Assembly (NCBI GenBank): GCA_047601445.1
Contig: JASGJH010000001.1
Span: forward strand, 4,576,001-4,640,000
DNA: 64,000 bases
DNA from: Myxococcales bacterium
Lineage (GTDB): Bacteria; Myxococcota_A; Polyangia; Polyangiales; DASUME01
Direction of reading: 5' to 3'
The notes beneath the pieces were generated by a model that did no database searches, was not told where the DNA came from, and saw only the letters and a program-made list of their open reading frames with translations. Positions 26,419 through 34,925 of the stretch are shown in pieces. Within the stretch, counting starts at the first letter, position 1. Each line of letters starts with the position of its first letter. The position numbers and the translations under genes were made by a program.

Positions 26419-27894
26419 TCACAGCAAGCTCACCAGATGATTCTTGATGTTGGCACGCGTGGAATCGTCGGGCGCGCTGCCGAGGGCACGCTCCCACATC
26501 TCGGTCGCCTTCAAGCGAAAGCCTGCACGCTGGTAAAGCACGGCCAAGTTCTTGAGCGTCGAAAAATCTCGCGGCCTGAGGTCGGAGGCGGTCTCGAGCG
26601 CCTGGATCGCGTCGAACACGTTGTCCTGCTTTCCGTACAGCAAGCCCAGATGATAGTGCAGACGAAAGGCCAAGGGGTCGATGCCGATGCCGCTTTTCAA
26701 CTGTTCAATCGCGCCCTCGACGTCGCCACGCGCGTAGGCCTCGATGCCCGCCTTGAGGTGGTCGCCCGCGGCACCCGCCGGGTTGTCGGCGTCGTCTTCG
26801 GCGGCCTTGTGCGTGCTCTGGCCGTTCAGCGCACGCTCCACCGCCGCCACCACCTCGTTGATGCGGAAGGGCTTCTCCAAGAACTCGTCGACCCCATAGG
26901 AGCGCCGCAAATCCTCGGCAAAACGCCAGCCCCGATAGATGGCGCTGACCATCACCACCGGGATATGTCCATAGCGGCGGCTGCCCTTGATGCGACGGCA
27001 GATGTCGAAACCGTGGACTTCCGGCAACATCGCGTCGAGCAACAGCACGTCGGGCGGGGCCTCGCGCACCTTCTGCAACGCGTCGAGCCCGCGCGAGCTT
27101 TCGAACACCTCGAAGTCGCGCTCCCGGAACACCCGCACGAGGAGCTGCCGAATATCGTCGCTGTCGTCTACCACCAAAATCCGCCGCTTTGGCTTCTGGA
27201 CGCCCGTGGCCTGCCCGCCGATCTGTGCGCCCGTGGACAGGCCCGAAAAAACATCGTCGATGGCGGGTCCGGAGGAGTCCTCGACCAGCGGGCCGCTGAG
27301 CTCGTCGTCGAACACGTCGGCGGGTGGGCTCGACACGAGGGCATCGTCGCTACCGGGCAACAGCCCCGGCCGAGACGGCCGGTCCGGGTGCAGCGGGATC
27401 TCCTCGCCCTTGCCCGCAAGTGGGCCGGCGTAGGAAGTCTCCCCAGCCTCACGTGCTGCATACGCGGCCTCGAGCACGTCCCGCAGCGCGCCGTGCAGTG
27501 CCACGTATGGGAAGATGCGCTTGCCAGTGACGAACTCGATCTCGTCGATGACCCGCTTGTTGTCCGGATCGGCCATCGCCAAGAACAGCCGCTCGTCCTT
27601 GACCACCAGGGGCAAAATCAGGTGTTGGCGGGCGATATCGACGGGCACGAATTCCAGCGCCGCCAGGTCGATACGAACGCGCCGCAAATCGACCGCGGGC
27701 AGCCCCTGCTGCTCGCTCAACGCGCTGAGCAACTCGGCCGGATTGATCGCGCCACTATCGGCCGCCACCGACGCGAGACGGGCTCCTTCGGAGCGCTGGC
27801 GCTGGAGCAGTGCTTCCAGGCCCTCCGGCGTTACCAACTTGCGCTGCAGTAGGATCCGACCCAGCTGCTTTTTCGCGTCCGAGCTCTCGCTCAT
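26419..27894 (-). CDS. MshEN/T2SSE-N plus receiver plus TPR protein
   Basis: QLGRILL...LEALLQRQ and LAMADP..IEFVTG; REC ILVVDD/LLDAMLP/FLEKPF; C-terminal TPRs. Start ATG 27894. Confidence 0.88.
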   Translation of the reverse strand: MSESSDAKKQLGRILLQRKLVTPEGLEALLQRQRSEGARLASVAADSGAINPAELLSALSEQQGLPAVDLRRVRIDLAALEFVPVDIARQHLILPLVVKDERLFLAMADPDNKRVIDEIEFVTGKRIFPYVALHGALRDVLEAAYAAREAGETSYAGPLAGKGEEIPLHPDRPSRPGLLPGSDDALVSSPPADVFDDELSGPLVEDSSGPAIDDVFSGLSTGAQIGGQATGVQKPKRRILVVDDSDDIRQLLVRVFRERDFEVFESSRGLDALQKVREAPPDVLLLDAMLPEVHGFDICRRIKGSRRYGHIPVVMVSAIYRGWRFAEDLRRSYGVDEFLEKPFRINEVVAAVERALNGQSTHKAAEDDADNPAGAAGDHLKAGIEAYARGDVEGAIEQLKSGIGIDPLAFRLHYHLGLLYGKQDNVFDAIQALETASDLRPRDFSTLKNLAVLYQRAGFRLKATEMWERALGSAPDDSTRANIKNHLVSLL

Positions 27895-28033
27895 GGCCCC
27901 TGACACAGGCGGTGCGCGACCTTCACGCTCCGGACGCAAAGTTTACAGCGAAGCCCGCTGAAGGAGACGGTTTTTGTGTGCTCGGTACGCGGGAGACGCC
28001 CCCCCCGGGGTCGGCGGGCCGAGGCGCCGTCGA

Positions 28034-28098
28034 AGCGCGCCCTTCGGGCGTGCGAGCGGAAAAGGGAGCGCGCCCCTCGGGCGTGCGAGCGGAAAAGG
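28034..28098. repeat. 33-bp tandem hairpin repeat (2 copies)
   Basis: AGCGCGCCC(T/C)TCGGGCGTGCGAGCGGAAAAGG at 28034 and 28067. Confidence 0.85.
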
Positions 28099-28129
28099 AT
28101 GTGCGCCGAGGGCCGCGAGAGCCGGCGGC

Positions 28130-28618
28130 TCACATACCCGAAGCGATCTTGTACTCGCCGCCCTGGTCCTTGGTGAGGATCATGCGGTTGTCGGCCAGGC
28201 GGCGCTCCCAGCGGGGCACCCCGTCGATGGAATTGACGCGGAAGCGACCGATGTAGGTGTAGTCCACCAGCACCTTCGTGGGCAGAAAGACCACGTCGCG
28301 ATACTTGATGTCGTAGTGGACCGCCAAGAGATCGGGGCCGAACATCGTCTTCAGGGTCGTGGCGAGCCCCTCGCGGTCGACGTCGTCATCCCCCTGGGGC
28401 GTGCCCATGTCGTCGAAATAGTCCTCGGCAGCCAGCGAAACCAGCTTGCCGACGTCCCGCTTGACCACCGCGGAGCGATAGACCTCGACGAACTTGATGA
28501 CGTCGCGAGCCTCTGGCGAGTCTTCCACGTCGGTGTTGGGGATCGTGTCATGGGCACAGGCACCCAGTGACAACAGGCCCAGCAGCAAAAAAGCTCGCGC
28601 TCGCATCATCGATTTCAT
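28130..28618 (-). CDS. Lipoprotein, possible NTF2/SnoaL-like fold
   Basis: LGAC lipobox, then AHDTIPNTDVED..YFDDMGT..VLVDYTY..YKIASGM. The ORF-track extension to 29722 is a shadow frame. Confidence 0.75.
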   Translation of the reverse strand: MKSMMRARAFLLLGLLSLGACAHDTIPNTDVEDSPEARDVIKFVEVYRSAVVKRDVGKLVSLAAEDYFDDMGTPQGDDDVDREGLATTLKTMFGPDLLAVHYDIKYRDVVFLPTKVLVDYTYIGRFRVNSIDGVPRWERRLADNRMILTKDQGGEYKIASGM

Positions 28619-28674
28619 CCTGCCTGCTCGGAACGCCAACCCGCGCCCCAGCCAAAACTCGCACACGCGTCCCG

Positions 28675-29715
28675 CTATTCCCCGTGACTCCTCCTGGGGA
28701 GGCCGCGGGAGCGACGACGCGGGCCGAGTTTCCTCGATAGCGCCAAGAAGAGCAAACCCGCGACCGAGCCGGCCCCGGAGCCGTGTTCCACCCGACAGCC
28801 CAGGGGGTTTTTGCCGCTCGCGGGCGCCATCTTCGTCAGGTCCACCTGACCCCGACGCAACCTCCCACCTGGACCGACCAGGGCGGCAGAGACCAGCCCG
28901 GCTCGACTGGTTCCCTGGAAACGAGCCTGGGCCTTCGGCCCCAGCGCACTTTTCCACGGTGTGAGGCGCCAAAACACCTGGGCGCCCTGCGGGACCTGGC
29001 GCACCTCCAGCATCACGCTCTCGGTGCGCTCCCGCGCTGGCGTCACCTCGATGGCCAGCCGCTCCCCCTTCACCTCGCGCGCAGCCGGCCCCAGGCGCAA
29101 CGGGCGACCCGGCTCGAGCTCCATCAGCAGCACGACCCCATCCCCGAGCTCCCCGCGTTCGGTGGGCAGGGGATATCCCCGCGCCGAGTCCGCACCCGCG
29201 AGTCCGCCAGTGCCCCCCAGGTGCACCCGCAGCGTCCTCGGGCAGCTCGCGCTGACCAGCACCGCCCCGTCGGCAGAGGGTCCCTCGCGTGAATACTCGC
29301 AGGCAGGTGGCTCGGCGCCGCCCACGCGCAATCCAGCGGGCACGCTTTGCGTACCACCGGGGAACCGCACCTTGAGCTGGTAGACCCCGGGCGCCATCCA
29401 GTGAGGCACGGAGACATCGACTCGATAAGCCAGGGAGTGACTCGCGAGCGGACGCAGGTCCTCCACGGCCAGGGAAAAACACAGGTGCTCGGGTGCCCCG
29501 AAGGACAGGCCGTTCGCGCAGGCCAACACGCCGAACGCGCGGTGGGCACGCGGCTCCTGAATGCCCGGCGGCGGCGTGAGCGCCGTGGCGCTGTTGACCA
29601 CCAACGAGAAGCTCGCGCCAGGCTCCGCTCGGACCGGCTGCTCGGCACTCGGTGAGATCAGCCCTCGCTCGGTCTCCTGCGCCGACCCAGCCGAAGCGGA
29701 CAACGCCACGCCCAA
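28675..29715 (-). CDS. Exported protein with a MYXO-CTERM-like C-terminal tail
   Basis: Signal-like N-terminus; C-terminal GC-spacer-hydrophobic-basic tail (GCRVEHGSGAGSVAGLLFLALSRKLGPRRR). Start uncertain. Confidence 0.55.
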   Translation of the reverse strand: MGVALSASAGSAQETERGLISPSAEQPVRAEPGASFSLVVNSATALTPPPGIQEPRAHRAFGVLACANGLSFGAPEHLCFSLAVEDLRPLASHSLAYRVDVSVPHWMAPGVYQLKVRFPGGTQSVPAGLRVGGAEPPACEYSREGPSADGAVLVSASCPRTLRVHLGGTGGLAGADSARGYPLPTERGELGDGVVLLMELEPGRPLRLGPAAREVKGERLAIEVTPARERTESVMLEVRQVPQGAQVFWRLTPWKSALGPKAQARFQGTSRAGLVSAALVGPGGRLRRGQVDLTKMAPASGKNPLGCRVEHGSGAGSVAGLLFLALSRKLGPRRRSRGLPRRSHGE

Positions 29716-29749
29716 CGAACACAGCGCGATCGCGCGCCTCCAGAGCCCA

Positions 29750-30766
29750 TCAAGGCTCGGCCATCGCGCTCGGCACGAAACTCGGTCGCTTCCAATCGTC
29801 AGGATGGATACCCAGGAACAGCTCTACCGCAGTCGGGTCTAGCTGGCTGCCTGAAACCCGCGCGATCTCTTCACGAGCCTGGGTTTCGCTGCGGGCAGGT
29901 CGATGGGGGCGCTCGTGGGTGAGCGCTTCGAACGTATCGATCACCGAAAACAGCCGCGCGAGCAGGGGAATGTCGCTGCCCGAGAGCCGGTGGGGATAGC
30001 CCGAACCGTCATAGTGTTCGTGGTGGTAGAGCACCACGGAGAGCCCGCCCGCGAGCAGCTCCGAACTTCGCAAGAACTCCGCGCCCAGCAGGGGATGTTG
30101 CTGCACTTGCCGCCACTCACGCTCGCAGTAGGGGGTCGGGTGCCGAAGCAAGGTCTCTGGAATGCAGAACATGCCCACATCGTGCAGCAAGGCGCCGACC
30201 TCGAGGTCACGCAAGGCAGGGACCTCGAGCCCCGCGAGGCTCCCGAGCTTGAGCGCCCCACGCGAGAGTCGCAGCGCGTGCTCGAGCGTCTCCACGTGGT
30301 CGACGGCGAGTGCGGACACCAAGCTCAGGGCGAGACTGCGGGCTTCATTCGACCCCTGACGTCCCCGTTGCTCTGCCCGCAAGCCCGACAGAGCGAGCGG
30401 CAGCTGCGGATTGCCGTCGGCCTTGGTGACGATGGCATCCACCACCACGGGGGAGACGGCCCGCGCGATCTCGCTGAGATGGGACTCGCCCGTGTACAGG
30501 ATGCGCCGTGTGTTCGGCGAGAAGCTGCGCACCAGCCGCAGGAGCTCCGCGCCGTCGAGATCCGGCATGTGGAGATCGGCCACCACCGCAAAGGGTTCTC
30601 CCTGGATCACCTCGCGCAGTGCGGTGCGTGGATGATCGCAAGAGATCACGTGATAGCCGCTGCGTGTCAGCAAGCGTCGCGTCACGGCGAGCACCAGCGG
30701 ATCGTCATCCACGACCACCACCCGGGGCGTGCGCTCCTCCGAGTCGCCGCCGGCGTTCGAGCTCAT
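29750..30766 (-). CDS. Response regulator with an HD-GYP phosphodiesterase domain
   Basis: REC VVVDDD/ADLHMP; LLHDVG, HHEHYDGSGYP, RPHR, SGSQLDP. Start ATG 30766 with GGAGG RBS. Confidence 0.92.
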   Translation of the reverse strand: MSSNAGGDSEERTPRVVVVDDDPLVLAVTRRLLTRSGYHVISCDHPRTALREVIQGEPFAVVADLHMPDLDGAELLRLVRSFSPNTRRILYTGESHLSEIARAVSPVVVDAIVTKADGNPQLPLALSGLRAEQRGRQGSNEARSLALSLVSALAVDHVETLEHALRLSRGALKLGSLAGLEVPALRDLEVGALLHDVGMFCIPETLLRHPTPYCEREWRQVQQHPLLGAEFLRSSELLAGGLSVVLYHHEHYDGSGYPHRLSGSDIPLLARLFSVIDTFEALTHERPHRPARSETQAREEIARVSGSQLDPTAVELFLGIHPDDWKRPSFVPSAMAEP

Positions 30767-30867
30767 CGAGCCTCCCTGTGAACGAGGAAGTCTATCAAAG
30801 CACGCGCGCCGAGTTGGGCTTTTCCCTGCCGATGCAAGCACGTTGGCAGCCCCCAAATGGGCACATT

Positions 30868-32238
30868 TCAGGCGATTTCGTAGTCCTTGATCTTGTAGAG
30901 CAGCGCGCGATGGCTGATCTCCAGGAGCTTGGCAGCGGCGGTGCGGTTGCCCTGTGTGCGCTCGAGAGCCTTACGGATCAGCGTCTCCTCGATCACGCGG
31001 CTCGTACGCTTGATGGAGAGCTCACCGCTCGCCAACGTGAGCGCCACTGGGTCGTGCCCTTCGGCCAGTCGCTCTGGCAAGTCATCGGGGCTCAACATGT
31101 CGCCCTCGGCCAGCACCATCGCACGCTCGATCATGTTCTCGAGCTCTCGCACGTTGCCCGGGAAGGCGTAGCGGGACAACAGCTTGAGGGCCTCGGGGGT
31201 CATACCGCGCAGCTGGGTCCCGAAGCGTGCGTTGTACTTGGCCAGGAAGTGCTCGATCAAAAGTGGCAGGTCACCAGGTCGGTCGCGCAGCGGGGGCAAC
31301 GTGATCTGCAGCACGTTGAGGCGATAGTAGAGATCCTCCCGAAAGCGGGCCTCCTTCACCTCTCGACTCAAGTCGCGCACGGTGGCCGCGATCACGCGCA
31401 CGTCCACCGCGATGTCCTTGGTGTCGCCGAGGCGGCGCACCACCCCCTCCTGCAGAGCCCGCAAGAGCTTCACCTGGAGCGACAAGGGCAGCTCACCGAT
31501 TTCGTCCAAGAACAAGGTGCCCTGATGGGCCTCCTCGAAGAGCCCGCGCTTGTCGCTGGAAGCGTCCGTGAAGGCTCCCCGCTTGTGCCCGAACAGCTCG
31601 CTCTCCATGAGCGCCTCCGGGATGGCGCCGCAATTCACGGCCACGAAGGGCTTACCGGAGCGCGGGCTCAACTGATGGATCCCGCGCGCCACGAGCTCCT
31701 TGCCGGTGCCGCTGGGACCGTGCAGGAGCACGGTGGTGGTGTAGGCGGCGACCTTCTCCATGGTGCGAAACACGCGCTGCATGGGCTCGCTCTTGCCGAG
31801 CAACTCCCCGAGCTGATGCTGCTTACGCATGGCCTCGCGGAGGGCCCTGTTCTCGCGCCGCAACGCCTCCCGCTCCTCGGCTTTGCGCAGTACCAGCAGG
31901 ACCTCGTCGTGCTTGAAGGGCTTGGCCAGGTAGTCGTAGGCCCCGGCTTTCATGGCTTCGATCGCCAGATCGACGGAGCCGTAGGCGCTCATCACCACGA
32001 CGGTGGCGGTCGCTCCGCGCGCGGCGAGCTGCCGACAGAGCTCGATGCCGCTCATCCCGGGCATACGAACGTCGGCCAGGACGAAGTTGGGGTCGAACTG
32101 CTCGAGTCCTCGGAGGGCCTCTTCGGCACTGGCGGCCACCCGGACGTCGTAGCCGTTGCGGCTGAGCAGGGTGCGCAGCACCAGCCGCAGGTTCTCCTCG
32201 TCGTCGACTACCAACACCCGGGCCACGCCGTCTCGCAC
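30868..32238 (-). CDS. NtrC-family sigma54-dependent response regulator
   Basis: REC domain; GPSGTGKE, ESELFGH, GAFTDA, LFLDEIGE, FPGNVREL; Fis-type HTH. Confidence 0.97.
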   Translation of the reverse strand: MRDGVARVLVVDDEENLRLVLRTLLSRNGYDVRVAASAEEALRGLEQFDPNFVLADVRMPGMSGIELCRQLAARGATATVVVMSAYGSVDLAIEAMKAGAYDYLAKPFKHDEVLLVLRKAEEREALRRENRALREAMRKQHQLGELLGKSEPMQRVFRTMEKVAAYTTTVLLHGPSGTGKELVARGIHQLSPRSGKPFVAVNCGAIPEALMESELFGHKRGAFTDASSDKRGLFEEAHQGTLFLDEIGELPLSLQVKLLRALQEGVVRRLGDTKDIAVDVRVIAATVRDLSREVKEARFREDLYYRLNVLQITLPPLRDRPGDLPLLIEHFLAKYNARFGTQLRGMTPEALKLLSRYAFPGNVRELENMIERAMVLAEGDMLSPDDLPERLAEGHDPVALTLASGELSIKRTSRVIEETLIRKALERTQGNRTAAAKLLEISHRALLYKIKDYEIA

Positions 32239-32326
32239 TTTCTGCGGGCCAAGATCCCGCCACTACGCAAAAAGGTACATCCCGTAGGCGGGGAACCCCA
32301 AGCGTGAAAGCAGCCCCGTCACCACC

Positions 32327-32422
32327 ATTGGCACACCGCCAACTTGATTGGCATGCGGAGCACTGCTCGACGAACAAAAACTTAATGATTTCATGGCCGC
32401 AGACGGCGGCACAGGGCGTGCT
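32327..32422 (+). promoter_or_regulatory. Candidate sigma54 promoter with upstream activator repeats
   Basis: CGGCAC-N5-GTGCT (32407-32422; GG-N10-GC); ATTGGCA direct repeats at 32327 and 32347; AT-rich tract in between. Confidence 0.4.
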
Positions 32423-32666
32423 CAAGCGAGCGATGACGGAGCCTTCAGTCAGGTCTCCGGGGCTCGTTCGAGCCCTCCCCTGGCCCCGGTGACGTCATTG
32501 ATCTCTGCAAGCAAAAGGCTGTATGGTAGCGCGCGCTTTGCGCCGTTTTGGTGTCACTGAAACGGTGAATGCTCGCAGAAGATGAATGAGTGACCGCGGG
32601 CCCGAGCCGAAGAGGGCACCCTCGAGGCCCCGCCGAGACAACGCTCCCCAAGACGTGAGGACAAGA

Positions 32667-34613
32667 ATGCAGAAGCGACCCCAACATCGGACCGAACGCA
32701 GGCTCAAGGCCGCCAAGTGGCTTGCGGCCCCCGTGGCAGCGCTGGGCCTCATGGGCTGCCCCAATGAGAACCTCGCCCCGCTCGCTCCCTGCACGGTGTC
32801 CGGCGTCTCTGACGACGTGCCCGTGACGGGCGTCGACAAGGTCGACCTCTTGTTCATGATCGACAACTCGGGCTCGATGGCCCAGGAGCAGGCCAAGCTG
32901 GCAGAACAGCTGCCCAACCTGCTGAAGATCCTCACCAGCGGCAAGAAGGAAGACGGCACCACCTTCACGGCGGTGCGCGACCTTCACGTCGGCGTGGTCA
33001 CCAGCGACATGGGCCTGAGCGGCAACAAGGTGCCGCTGCCCCCGAGCTGCGAGGGCGTGGGCGACGACGGCAAGCTGCTCAAGAAGCCGCTCACCACGGG
33101 CTGCAGCGCCAGCGCGCCGGCCGGTTACCTGAGCTACGTGCCCGGTGACAAGGACATCGACAGCGTCATCAAGGACTTCACCTGCTTGGCCAACGTGGGC
33201 ATCCAGGGCTGCGGTTTCGAGCAGCAGCTGGAAGCCGTCTACAAGGCGGTGGCGCCTGCCTCGGTGAAGTTCACCGACGGCAAGGGCGGCCATGCCGACG
33301 ACGCCAACAAGGGCTTCCTGCGCTCCGACGCGGTGCTCGCGGTCATCACCGTCTCCGACGAAGAGGACTGCTCGGTCACCGAGAAGGGCATGGTCATGTT
33401 CGACGACAAGACCAGCGCGCCCGGCGTGAAGCAGCCCGGCACCGACATGAACCTCGGCCTCAACATCCGCTGCGCCTACGTGCAGGATCCGAACGACCGC
33501 ACGACGCAGGCCGAAGACAACGAGTACGTCTACGACGTCACGCGTTACTACGACGACTTCAAGAAGAAGGTGAAGCCGCTCAACCCGGACCGCATCGTGT
33601 TCGCGGCCATCACCGGCATCCCCGAGGACGCCGAGGGCAAGAGCTTCGACGACATCCTCAAGGACAGCCGCATGGACTTCGCGGTGGATCCGATGACGGG
33701 TGGTGGCGACCCCACCAACCGCAACACCGCTGCGCGCGACGTGTGCCGTCGCTGCGAGACGCTGAGCGAGGCCGAGTGCAAGGCCGCGCCCCTCACCGTC
33801 AAGGACAGCAGCGGCAAGGACATCTCGAACCCCGAGATCATCACCGGCGCCAAGCCCGGCGTGCGCTTCGTGAAGGTGGCCAAGGGCTTCGGTGACAACG
33901 GTCTCGTGCAGTCCATCTGCGCCGAGAGCTTCGCGCCCGCGGTGAGCACCATCATCGACAAGATCTCCAAGCAGCTCACCGGCGCGTGCCTGCCGCGCGA
34001 GCTGAACCCGAACGCCGAAGGCCTCGTGGAATGCGACGTCGTCGAGATCCTCGGCTCGAACGCCGGCCCCGAGGACTGCAAGTCCAACCGCGGCCGCCAC
34101 TACAAGGAAATGCGCCCCGTCACGGTCGGCGACAAGACCGAGATGCGCGTCGTGTGCGACATCAACCAGGTGCCCGTGGCGGATCAGAAGCTCGGCACCA
34201 ACCCCATGCCCCTCGAAGGCACGGACGGCAAGACCGGCTGGTACTACGACACCTTTAGCGAGAGCGTCACCAAGGAGTGCCCGATCGAGAAGCGTCGTCG
34301 CATCTCCTTCTCGAGCTCCGACGCCGAGCCCCAGGACGCGACCTTGCGGTTCGAGTGCTTCCAGCCCGTCGTCAGCAGCAACACCGAGGTGCTCGGCAAG
34401 GAAGCCGTGAACTCGCCCTGCAAGACCAACGACGACTGCGCTGCGCGCCAGGACCACACGCCGGGCAACCAGTTCGTGCTGGCCTGCGACGACACGGTGA
34501 AGACCTGCCAGATCACCTGCAACCAGGACACCGAGTGCCCCGACAGCTGGGTCTGCGACACGGGCCGCAAGCTCTGCGTCAACCCCACCTGCCCGCCGCC
34601 CAGCCTTCGCTGA
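32667..34613 (+). CDS. Cys-rich vWA (MIDAS) lipoprotein, CglB/MtsD-like adhesin
   Basis: LMGC lipobox; VDLLFMIDNSGSM (DxSxS), LHVGVVTSDMG, GCGFEQQLEA, FLR..AVLAV..SDEEDCS; Cys-rich C-terminus. ATG 32667 with GAGGA RBS; strongly biased codons. Confidence 0.85.
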   Translation: MQKRPQHRTERRLKAAKWLAAPVAALGLMGCPNENLAPLAPCTVSGVSDDVPVTGVDKVDLLFMIDNSGSMAQEQAKLAEQLPNLLKILTSGKKEDGTTFTAVRDLHVGVVTSDMGLSGNKVPLPPSCEGVGDDGKLLKKPLTTGCSASAPAGYLSYVPGDKDIDSVIKDFTCLANVGIQGCGFEQQLEAVYKAVAPASVKFTDGKGGHADDANKGFLRSDAVLAVITVSDEEDCSVTEKGMVMFDDKTSAPGVKQPGTDMNLGLNIRCAYVQDPNDRTTQAEDNEYVYDVTRYYDDFKKKVKPLNPDRIVFAAITGIPEDAEGKSFDDILKDSRMDFAVDPMTGGGDPTNRNTAARDVCRRCETLSEAECKAAPLTVKDSSGKDISNPEIITGAKPGVRFVKVAKGFGDNGLVQSICAESFAPAVSTIIDKISKQLTGACLPRELNPNAEGLVECDVVEILGSNAGPEDCKSNRGRHYKEMRPVTVGDKTEMRVVCDINQVPVADQKLGTNPMPLEGTDGKTGWYYDTFSESVTKECPIEKRRRISFSSSDAEPQDATLRFECFQPVVSSNTEVLGKEAVNSPCKTNDDCAARQDHTPGNQFVLACDDTVKTCQITCNQDTECPDSWVCDTGRKLCVNPTCPPPSLR

Positions 34614-34627
34614 TCGCTCGGTAAGGT

Positions 34628-34672
34628 GAAACGAAAAGAAGGCGCCCCAGTTGGGGCGCCTTTTTTCGTTTC
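34628..34672. terminator. Rho-independent terminator, probably bidirectional
   Basis: GAAACGAAAAGAAGGCGCCCCA-GT-TGGGGCGCCTTTTTTCGTTTC just after the vWA stop. Confidence 0.9.
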
Positions 34673-34920
34673 GGCCATCCGCCATCCGCCAGCGTCCATC
34701 CGCTAGCCGCTATCAACGAGCGGCCGTCTGCCCATCAACCATCGGCGGCGCCGTCTGCCATCGGCCTTCCCCATCCGCCATTGGCACTGCATGCGGCGTG
34801 AGGGCGGCCGCCCGCCGCCCGCGTTAACCCGCCCCCCGCGCGGCGTGCGGCGTGCCGCCAGCTGCTGGCAGATGGCTGATGGCCGCTCGCTGATGGCAGA
34901 TGGCCGATGGCAGACGGCCA
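34673..34920. repeat. Degenerate heptamer arrays in inverted orientation
   Basis: (GCCATCN)n left arm and (NGATGGC)n right arm; exact 17-bp inverted pair at 34750-34766 and 34902-34918. Confidence 0.8.
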
Positions 34921-34925
34921 CTCCC

